Of a stretch of 50,774 nt of DNA, positions 36,706 through 43,458 are shown one piece after another. Positions within the stretch are counted from its first letter, which is position 1. Each line of letters opens with the position of its first letter. The notes beneath the pieces were generated by a model. The model did no database searches and had not been told where the DNA came from. It saw nothing but the letters and a program-made list of their open reading frames with translations. The stretch lies in assembly GCA_964586045.1 (NCBI GenBank), contig CAZPFY010000002.1, forward strand, positions 5,833-56,606, read 5' to 3'. The position numbers and the translations under genes are program-made. This DNA is from an uncultured Pseudomonadales bacterium. Its GTDB lineage: Bacteria; Patescibacteriota; Microgenomatia; UBA1400; MFAQ01.

Positions 36706-37062
36706 TTATTTGATACCGAAGTCTGTGATGTCAGTTACTCCAGTGTATTTTTGTATTAGAATGATGGCTAGCCAAACAACCGAGAGAAGGATTAGGCCAA
36801 TAACCGCGTATGTAAAAGTGTTCCAGCCAGCGGCGTATTCTTTTTCGTTTGGTCCAGCATTTACAATTTTGATACCGGCTAAGATAATCATCCCGACGGC
36901 AGCAAGAGCAATGAAAGCTGGAAGGGGGGTGAGAATATTGCCTATTAGGCACTGAATTCCGGTGATGGTGGCGACACCATCTTGACCGCAACCATTACCG
37001 GCATTCCATTGATCACCTGGAGTAAATGCGGCATAAGCTTGAGGAATAAAATTGAGATTCAT
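36706..37062 (-). CDS. VirB2/TrbC-like pilin 1
   Basis: AYAA leader end; two TM helices flanking AGIKIVNAG.NEKE..A...FTYAVIGL. Confidence 0.8.
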   Translation of the reverse strand: MNLNFIPQAYAAFTPGDQWNAGNGCGQDGVATITGIQCLIGNILTPLPAFIALAAVGMIILAGIKIVNAGPNEKEYAAGWNTFTYAVIGLILLSVVWLAIILIQKYTGVTDITDFGIK

Positions 37063-37083
37063 AATATTATTTTACAATAATTA

Positions 37084-37115
37084 AGAACTCAAAAACTCAA
37101 GGAATCAAAAACTCA
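37084..37115 (+). repeat. 8-bp AAAACTCA array
   Basis: agaactca aaaactca aggaatca aaaactca; shares the flank aaataatga with the 12770 copy. Confidence 0.8.
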
Positions 37116-37136
37116 AAATAATGAGCTTGTTTATAC

Positions 37137-37164
37137 AAAAAATCCTCCAATTGGAGGATTTTTT
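37137..37164. terminator. Intrinsic terminator after pilin 2
   Basis: Perfect palindrome aaaaaatcctccaa|ttggaggatttttt. Confidence 0.75.
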
Positions 37165-37167
37165 TAT

Positions 37168-37204
37168 GAGATTGCTTCGGTTTGAACACAAAACTCGCAA
37201 TGAC
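37168..37204 (+). repeat. REP/RPE-like element
   Basis: gagattgcttcggtttgaacacaaaactcgcaatgac. Confidence 0.8.
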
Positions 37205-37210
37205 GAGGTG

Positions 37211-37555
37211 TTAGTAAGGCTTGGGGAGGTTGATGTTTCCTTCGAAGACATCAACACCGAAGAAGTAAGCAATAAGCTTCATAACGGCCCAGGAAGCGGC
37301 AACGATAGCAAGCCCAACGACGGCTGCGGTAATTCGGTTACGAGCGCTTTCGGTTTTGCCTTTGTCGCCGCCAGAAGTAAGCCATTCAACACCGCCGATA
37401 ACAAGGAAAGCAAAGGTAAGGATGCCGGCAATGATAAAGGTAACGGAAATAATACGTGAGATAAGAACACCGATGTCGGTGATTTTCATGCCAGAAGGCT
37501 GAGGAACTCCAATGGTGCCACTACCAGCTGCGTATACTTGGGAGATTAAAGACAT
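37211..37555 (-). CDS. VirB2/TrbC-like pilin 2 (candidate major pilin)
   Basis: VYAA; GGVEWLTSGGDKGKTESARNRITAAVVGL. Confidence 0.85.
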   Translation of the reverse strand: MSLISQVYAAGSGTIGVPQPSGMKITDIGVLISRIISVTFIIAGILTFAFLVIGGVEWLTSGGDKGKTESARNRITAAVVGLAIVAASWAVMKLIAYFFGVDVFEGNINLPKPY

Positions 37556-37606
37556 TTTTTTGTTTTATAAATTAATAATTGCTATATCTATATTATATTA
37601 CACTTT

Positions 37607-37972
37607 TTAGTTACCAATTGGGTTGCTGGTGCAGAGGCTGTCGAGATTGATACCAAAGAAGTAGAGAACTAATTTGTAAATCGCCCAACTAGAGGCGACA
37701 ATGGTAAGGCCTATTAAAGCTGCTGTAATTCTGCCTTGAGCCTCACCGGTTTTGCCTTTGTCTCCACCGGAAGTAAGATATTGAACTCCTCCCATGACAA
37801 AGATAACAAAAAAGGCGACTCCTGAGACGATGAAGGCAGCAGCAACAAGATTGCTAACAAGGTGGCCAATACAGGTATAGCCAAAAAATCCTGAAGTTTG
37901 AGAACCGATATCTACGGTGGTGTCAGCGGTTCCGGCAGCATACACAGACTTGATTGTAGGAAATGTAATCAT
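37607..37972 (-). CDS. VirB2/TrbC-like pilin 3
   Basis: VYAA; GGVQYLTSGGDKGKTGEAQGRITAALIGL. Confidence 0.85.
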   Translation of the reverse strand: MITFPTIKSVYAAGTADTTVDIGSQTSGFFGYTCIGHLVSNLVAAAFIVSGVAFFVIFVMGGVQYLTSGGDKGKTGEAQGRITAALIGLTIVASSWAIYKLVLYFFGINLDSLCTSNPIGN

Positions 37973-38304
37973 AGATTGTTGGGAAATATTGGAGCAAGAA
38001 TGTTAATTTTGAAAACACCTTGGATAAAGAGAGTGATGGCGTAAGAGGCAACGAGGATGGCAACTCCAATAACAGAACTGGTAATTTTGGTGGTAGCGTC
38101 AGCTATTTTTGTCTTATCTCCCCCAGAAGTTAGATATTCAATGCCGCCCCAAACCAAATAGATAATAAACGCGAGACCTCCGACGGTAATGACAGCCTTC
38201 CAGAGTGAGGCGATATAAAAAGCGAGGCCAACACCTGGCCCTTTGGCGCTTATTGCTGCCGGAAGAGCGTTGTTTGTTATTTCGTTTGCGTATACTTGAA
38301 TCAT
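37969..38304 (-). CDS. VirB2/TrbC-like pilin 4
   Basis: VYAN; GGIEYLTSGGDKTKIADATTKITSSVIGV. Confidence 0.85.
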   Translation of the reverse strand: MIQVYANEITNNALPAAISAKGPGVGLAFYIASLWKAVITVGGLAFIIYLVWGGIEYLTSGGDKTKIADATTKITSSVIGVAILVASYAITLFIQGVFKINILAPIFPNNL

Positions 38305-38315
38305 TTTTATTTTTA

Positions 38316-38705
38316 TTAAAAACCAAACATTTTAAAAGGATTGAGTAGGTCGAGGCCAAGCACAGCACCGACGATACCGATGACAAAATACGAGGCTACT
38401 AGGGCTATAAGACCAATGGCGCCTTGAGTCATTTGGCTTTGAGCAGTACCAACCTTACCCTTGTCTCCACCAGCAGTAATCCAGGTAAGAGCGCCAATAA
38501 AGAAATAAATGACAAAAGCTAGCGATCCGACAATTGTTAGGGTTGTAACCATGGAAGACAAAAAGGTTCCAAGAAGGGTGTCAGGTCCTGTGGCGCTATT
38601 AATTGGTTGTTGAAATTTTCCTGAGCCAACAATATCACCGCCCAGGTTAATGGGGGCAGCATAAGCTGGGTTGGGGAGGAGAAATTTTATTATTGAATTG
38701 AACAT
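38316..38705 (-). CDS. VirB2/TrbC-like pilin 5
   Basis: AYAA; GALTWITAGGDKGKVGTAQSQMTQGAIGL. Confidence 0.85.
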   Translation of the reverse strand: MFNSIIKFLLPNPAYAAPINLGGDIVGSGKFQQPINSATGPDTLLGTFLSSMVTTLTIVGSLAFVIYFFIGALTWITAGGDKGKVGTAQSQMTQGAIGLIALVASYFVIGIVGAVLGLDLLNPFKMFGF

Positions 38706-38706
38706 A

Positions 38707-39075
38707 TTAGTTTACGCTCTCGAGGGTGGGGTTAAGGATAAAAGTAAAGTTGTCAAAAAGAATTTTGCTAATAATAGAAATAATTATAAAGCTGGCGGCC
38801 ATAACGACCAACCCCGTAATGCTCATGGTGAGCTTTTGGGTAGCCTCTGATATTTTTCCTTTGTCGCCTCCTGAGGAAATATATTGAAAGCCCCCAGAAA
38901 GAAATTGCCAGAGGGTAAAGATGCCAGCTACGACCATTAACATTCTGACAATAGCGCCAAAAAAAACATTTGTTTTGGCAAAATCAGCTGGTACGCCAGT
39001 TGGCGCTTGAATGAGTCCGACTACATCGGCTCCAGCGGCGTAAACAGGTTTAATAATTTGATTTAAAAAAGTCAT
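38707..39075 (-). CDS. VirB2/TrbC-like pilin 6
   Basis: VYAA; GGFQYISSGGDKGKISEATQKLTMSITGL. Confidence 0.85.
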   Translation of the reverse strand: MTFLNQIIKPVYAAGADVVGLIQAPTGVPADFAKTNVFFGAIVRMLMVVAGIFTLWQFLSGGFQYISSGGDKGKISEATQKLTMSITGLVVMAASFIIISIISKILFDNFTFILNPTLESVN

Positions 39076-39079
39076 TTGT

Positions 39080-39394
39080 TTAGAAAAATTTAAAATTAAG
39101 AACCTTTCCTAAAATATTGGTAATTAAAAAAGCGGAGGCCACAACAATCAGCCCTAGTATGCCGTAGGTTAGCATTTGAGTGGATTGGGTCATTTTGTTT
39201 TTGTCTCCAGCCCCAGAAATATAATTAAATCCTGCGAACAAAATGACAAAAAAGGAGACAATTCCGGACAAAACGAGAGTGTTTTTTATAAGTGGATTGA
39301 TTAATACGGAAAGGGTTGCTCCTTGGCCGCCAAGTGATGCGGCTGGAGTATAAAAAGATTCCAGTGGAGCAGCTAAAACTTGCTTAATAAGCAT
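39080..39394 (-). CDS. VirB2/TrbC-like pilin 7 (start reassigned to MLIKQVLAA)
   Basis: AGFNYISGAGDKNKMTQSTQMLTYGILGL; the shorter start removes the overlap with the divergent gene. Confidence 0.82.
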   Translation of the reverse strand: MLIKQVLAAPLESFYTPAASLGGQGATLSVLINPLIKNTLVLSGIVSFFVILFAGFNYISGAGDKNKMTQSTQMLTYGILGLIVVASAFLITNILGKVLNFKFF

Positions 39395-39425
39395 ATGTTC
39401 TATTTTAACAGTAAAATACAAGATA

Positions 39426-40538
39426 ATGAATAAAGATAATTTGGGACGGCAAGCAAGGGACTGTTTGGTTGCTTTGGCCAAAGAAGTTGATTTGAGGTTG
39501 GAAAAATACTGGGATAATGAAATAAAGAATGATTTTGGGTTTAATGAGACACAAAAGGCGCTGGTTAGAAAAATGCTTTTACACGCCAAAGAACACAATT
39601 TGAGGTCGGCGAAGAGGGCGAGGGCGGGATTTGTGTTGTATGGGTATCAGTTGGGAATAAAACTCAAAACTGAAAAAACCCAAAAACTCAAAATGTTGAA
39701 CGGGGATATTTGGAAGGTGTGTGAGGCCGTAGAGATTGTTCATACTGCGCTACTAATGCATGACGATTTTATGGATCTGGATATGGTTCGAAGAGGAAAA
39801 CCAACGACGCAGGTATATTTTGGAGAGGGAGATGGGCATTTTGGAGAGGCAATGGCAGTTGATGTGGGGGATGCTGTTTTGTGTTTAGGTTTTGAGAGAT
39901 TGTTAGACTCTGGTTTTGAGGAAATAAAAATTAATAAGGTGATGAGGCAGATGCTGCGAAGTATTACTAATACTGCTTATGGGCAAGCATACGACATAAG
40001 CTTGGCAAAGCTGGGAGAATTGACGGAAGAAAAAGTGTTGAGTTTGCACAGGGCAAAAACAGCCATTTACACTTACGAAAATCCGCTAGTTATTGGAGCG
40101 ATTTTGGGAGGTGTCCCGGAGCTAGTCGTGGAAATATTAAAGAGTTATTCTGTAGACGCCGGGATAGCTTTTCAGCTTCAGGATGATGTTTTGGGAGTGT
40201 TTGGAAACGAAGAAAAAACCGGAAAGTCAGCAAACTCAGATTTGTTACAGGGTAAGGTAACACTTTTAGTGGTAAAAACTTTAGAACTTGGAACAAAAGA
40301 ACAAAAGGAGAAATTACTCAATGTTTGGGGGAAAATCAAGGCGAGTAATAGTGCTATAGAATTGGCAAAAAAGGCGATTAAGGAAAGTGGGGCGTATGAA
40401 TACTCTTTAGAGGTGGCAAGAAAGCTTAATTTGAAAGCGATTGAAACAATCCAAAAAATTAGAGAGATGAATTTAAACGAAGAAGTAATTGATTATTTGG
40501 AAGGAATTTCCCGATACATGATTGAAAGAGAGGTCTGA
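39426..40538 (+). CDS. Trans-polyprenyl diphosphate synthase (IdsA/IspA family)
   Basis: LMHDDFMD..RRGKPT (first Asp-rich motif), GQAYD, KTAIY, FQLQDDVL (second Asp-rich motif), GK...DL..GK.T. Confidence 0.92.
   Translation: MNKDNLGRQARDCLVALAKEVDLRLEKYWDNEIKNDFGFNETQKALVRKMLLHAKEHNLRSAKRARAGFVLYGYQLGIKLKTEKTQKLKMLNGDIWKVCEAVEIVHTALLMHDDFMDLDMVRRGKPTTQVYFGEGDGHFGEAMAVDVGDAVLCLGFERLLDSGFEEIKINKVMRQMLRSITNTAYGQAYDISLAKLGELTEEKVLSLHRAKTAIYTYENPLVIGAILGGVPELVVEILKSYSVDAGIAFQLQDDVLGVFGNEEKTGKSANSDLLQGKVTLLVVKTLELGTKEQKEKLLNVWGKIKASNSAIELAKKAIKESGAYEYSLEVARKLNLKAIETIQKIREMNLNEEVIDYLEGISRYMIEREV
39659..39690 (+). repeat. 8-bp AAAACTCA array inside the polyprenyl synthase gene
   Basis: aaaactca aaactgaa aaaaccca aaaactca; encodes KLKTEKTQKLK. 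Confidence 0.7.
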
Positions 40539-40541
40539 TTA

Positions 40542-40670
40542 AAAACCCAAGAACTCAAAAAATCAAAAACTCAAGGTAAGGAATTTTATTTGATGGATTC
40601 CCCGAGAGAATACCCGGGATCTACGACCTGCCTTCCCGACGTTACAGCCTGGACTGGTCGCAGGAATGAC
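40542..40670 (+). repeat. 8-bp array (40542-40573) plus a long REP/RPE-like element (40595-40670)
   Basis: aaaaccca agaactca aaaaatca aaaactca; ggattc...cttcccgacgttacagcctggactggtcgcaggaatgac resembles 5796-5844. Confidence 0.75.
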
Positions 40671-40719
40671 AGGTGAAATTGATAGGGAATGGGGGAAGTG
40701 ATTGGGTAAATTATTGTTT

Positions 40720-40983
40720 ATGGAAATACCTAAACACTGGCGGGAGCAGCCAACAAACGTTTCGTTTAAGGGCGACTTTAAAACAGATAAAGATTCCGGA
40801 AGAATGATTTTTAAATATCCTGGAGGAGAGGTCCCTGTTAATGATGCTTATGATTTTGTTACCAGGTTAGTAGACAAGGGGTTTGGCGACGATGAGGTTA
40901 ATGAAATCGTCAACCTACTTATTAGAGCTATTGCCGCCAAAGCGGCGATCCCTGTGGCTAAAGTCCTCGAGAGCGTCGGTTAA
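40720..40983 (+). CDS. Small hypothetical protein whose N-terminus resembles a Cys-less DUF35-type leader
   Basis: MEIPKHWREQP...; 3' end overlaps uppS by 69 bp. Confidence 0.5.
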   Translation: MEIPKHWREQPTNVSFKGDFKTDKDSGRMIFKYPGGEVPVNDAYDFVTRLVDKGFGDDEVNEIVNLLIRAIAAKAAIPVAKVLESVG

Positions 40984-41619
40984 TTTGTCTGGAGTGAAAT
41001 CGGGGAATAAGGTTTGGGTAAAGTAAAGCTCGGCGTAAACTGATTGCCAGGGGAGGTATCCTGAGGTTCTTTGGTCGCCACCGGTGCGAATAACGAGGTC
41101 TGGGTCGGGGATGCCAGCCGTGTCTAAATAAGAGGCAAAAAGCTCTTCCGTTAAAGTGCTAGGATCAATTTTGTCGGCGATTATTTTTTTAATTGCTCTT
41201 AGGATTTCGTCTCGACCACCATAGTTTAGGGCAAAGGTAACGGTGATTTTGTGATTTTTTGAAGATTTGCTGATCATTTCCAGAGATTTTTTGGCGATAT
41301 CTTCGGGAAATTTATTAAGATCACCAAGAATTCGAAGACGAGCCCCTTTTTGAATAAATTTAAGAGCGAGGGAGCCAAGAGCAAACCGAAAGACATTAAA
41401 AAGTCCAGAGAGCTCTTCTTGGTCTCTTTTCCAATTTTCGGTAGAGAAGGCCCAAAAGGTAACATAGGGGATTTTTAGTTCGGCGCATTTTTCGATAAGA
41501 GGCTCAATGGCGGCTTTGGCTGCCTGCTCGTGCCCTTTGACAGAATCGAGGCCGCGGGATTTGGCCCAGCGGCGATTACCATCCATAATTATTGCGACAT
41601 GTTGAGGGAGTTTGTCCAT
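40915..41619 (-). CDS. uppS: Undecaprenyl/polyprenyl diphosphate synthase (cis-prenyltransferase)
   Basis: HVAIIMDGNRRWA, AFSTENWKR, NYGGRDE, PDPDLVIRTGG..R.SG.L.WQ..YAE, RRFG. Confidence 0.97.
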   Translation of the reverse strand: MDKLPQHVAIIMDGNRRWAKSRGLDSVKGHEQAAKAAIEPLIEKCAELKIPYVTFWAFSTENWKRDQEELSGLFNVFRFALGSLALKFIQKGARLRILGDLNKFPEDIAKKSLEMISKSSKNHKITVTFALNYGGRDEILRAIKKIIADKIDPSTLTEELFASYLDTAGIPDPDLVIRTGGDQRTSGYLPWQSVYAELYFTQTLFPDFTPDKLTDALEDFSHRDRRFGGNSSNK

Positions 41620-41625
41620 AATTAT

Positions 41626-41961
41626 CTATATTATATTGGAGTTTGGTCCGTTTAAGCCCAGCAATATAGAAATAAGCCGAACGACCAAAAAGGCAGTAAA
41701 AACCATAACAAGACCTGTAAATCCGTTAGTAATACGGACACTGGCAAAAGCTGCCTTTTTTGGATCGCCAGAACTAAGCATATAAGCCCACCCGGCAGCA
41801 ATTAAATTGGCAAAGAAAAGAAGTCCGACAATGACGAAAACAAAATTAATTACATCAAAGCCGGCGGTGCTGCCATTTACAAGATCGGTTATCTTTGATG
41901 ATCCGGCATTAAATTTGAAACTACTGGGGTTGAAGAGAGTAGAAATTTTGGCGTCGTTCAT
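41626..41961 (-). CDS. VirB2/TrbC-like pilin 8
   Basis: AGWAYMLSSGDPKKAAFASVRITNGFTGL. Confidence 0.8.
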   Translation of the reverse strand: MNDAKISTLFNPSSFKFNAGSSKITDLVNGSTAGFDVINFVFVIVGLLFFANLIAAGWAYMLSSGDPKKAAFASVRITNGFTGLVMVFTAFLVVRLISILLGLNGPNSNII

Positions 41962-41965
41962 AAGT

Positions 41966-42361
41966 TTATGATAAGCCTGGAAGGCCTAAAATGTTAATGC
42001 CAATTAGGTTGAGGAGGAAGACAGAGAGAAGAATAAAAATAAGGCCGGCAATGGCAGAAGTAATAATTTCACTACCCTCCTTGAGCTTGTCGGGGATGCC
42101 AGCGGAAGTAGTGACAATAAAAACACCAAAAAGCATGAGAACAAGGGCTAAGCCACCACCGAGGCCAACAAAAACAGTTATTATCGTTTCGAAGAAACTG
42201 CCACTTCCGTCAGCTGAGGTAGAGATACAACCTATTGCAGTTTCCACTCCCGAACCAGCAGTTCCGTTTTTTGGAGTACAAGTATATGAAGCTGCATAAA
42301 CAGATCCAGAAAAGGAAACAAAAAAATAAAATATGAGTAAAATTATTGATAATTTGGACAT
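41966..42361 (-). CDS. VirB2/TrbC-like pilin 9 (Cys pair, TAIGCI variant)
   Basis: Signal peptide ending VYAA; GVFIVTTSAGIPDKLKEGSEIITSAIAGL; start reassigned to MSKLS. Confidence 0.8.
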   Translation of the reverse strand: MSKLSIILLIFYFFVSFSGSVYAASYTCTPKNGTAGSGVETAIGCISTSADGSGSFFETIITVFVGLGGGLALVLMLFGVFIVTTSAGIPDKLKEGSEIITSAIAGLIFILLSVFLLNLIGINILGLPGLS

Positions 42362-42406
42362 AAATTTCAATTCTAATTTTACCATGACAGAAAGATGTTT
42401 ATTAAA

Positions 42407-42428
42407 AAACCACCCCAAAAGGTGGTTT
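42407..42428 (-). terminator. Intrinsic terminator after 42434..43276
   Basis: aaaccacc-ccaaaa-ggtggttt hairpin followed by a T tract on the - strand. Confidence 0.6.
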
Positions 42429-42433
42429 AAAAA

Positions 42434-43276
42434 TTATTTCCAATTATTGTCTGAACATAATTTTCGGTAATTACTGTTTGCATTAGAATAAAGAGGTGAA
42501 ACAGCAATGCAACTATTTAATATTTCCCAGCCAGGATCACCTCCTCTAATTATTTGATCAACGCAGAAAAATGTTTTTTCTTGCCCGGAAGCTAATTCAA
42601 ATTCTGTCGTATTTTTGTCTGTAAAACAGAACGAGTGAAAATATCGAAGAAATATATTTAAGTTGCTTGGACCTAGATTTTTAACAGAATACTTAGTCCA
42701 TTTGGAGTACTTGGAGTTATTATCTCTGCTGCAAGGATCTTCTTCCCTTTGTATTGATTGGCCACCCATATTAACATTTATTTCGGTCCAGCAATAATAA
42801 CTACTTATTCCCTCTTCTGGTGCCCATTGTCCGACATTTGGTGGTGTATTAAAAATGGGATTGTAGTTTTCTTTTATGCTGTAAATCTGGACGGGAATAT
42901 TGTAACCCGATATCTGGCCTGAATAGGATGATTGTAGAGATACAAATGGGCCGGTTGCAAGAGAAACGATAAGGAATCCGCAACAGATTTTGATAGCAAG
43001 GGGCATTTTTTTGAAGAGTAACAAGTAGGGTATAAGGGTAATACTCAAGAAAAGTATTGTTTCTATTGTATAAATTAATATGGCGTCTGTCACCGGAACC
43101 GACGTTGCTCCTCCTGTTATGGCTGTGAATATTGCCATTGAGCACAGTTGGCCAAGAAGAAATGGTGCGGCAAGAATTGCAAGTATGACAAAAACCATAA
43201 CTCCGAAACCCTCGAATCCTGTTCCAACGCTTTCTGTAAAACCACCGTTTCCGTCTGGAATGTAGTGTTTTGACAT
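42434..43276 (-). CDS. Hypothetical membrane protein (about 3-4 TM helices plus a Cys-containing extracellular domain)
   Basis: Hydrophobic N-terminal half; AAAGGAGA Shine-Dalgarno. Confidence 0.7.
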   Translation of the reverse strand: MSKHYIPDGNGGFTESVGTGFEGFGVMVFVILAILAAPFLLGQLCSMAIFTAITGGATSVPVTDAILIYTIETILFLSITLIPYLLLFKKMPLAIKICCGFLIVSLATGPFVSLQSSYSGQISGYNIPVQIYSIKENYNPIFNTPPNVGQWAPEEGISSYYCWTEINVNMGGQSIQREEDPCSRDNNSKYSKWTKYSVKNLGPSNLNIFLRYFHSFCFTDKNTTEFELASGQEKTFFCVDQIIRGGDPGWEILNSCIAVSPLYSNANSNYRKLCSDNNWK

Positions 43277-43403
43277 TTTTGTCTCCTTTTTAGTTTTTAA
43301 GTGTGCTTAATTGATATTATATAACTATGGGTCCTTTTTTGCTACCGTCTGTATTTTGAGGGGTTGAGGGTACATTTTACTGAGTGCATACGACATTGGG
43401 GTT

Positions 43404-43436
43404 GATGCCACAGTTAGGTATAAAATTCGCAATGAC
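43404..43436 (+). repeat. Degenerate REP/RPE-like element
   Basis: gatgccacagttaggtataaaattcgcaatgac. Confidence 0.65.
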
Positions 43437-43458
43437 GGATGCAGTAAACTAGATAGAG

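Noticed and set aside
39395-39598. N-terminal extension of the 172-aa ORF 39080..39598
   Set aside because: It overlaps the divergent prenyltransferase; pilin similarity begins at MLIKQVLAA (39394)
16220-42361. The T4SS region as a mobile ICE or conjugative element
   Set aside because: No integrase, relaxase or bounding att repeats are visible; uppS is embedded; composition and repeats match the host
3610-43436. Palindromic ~35-bp repeats or the 39-bp direct repeat as a CRISPR array
   Set aside because: The copies are dispersed, with no regular repeat-spacer period and no cas genes
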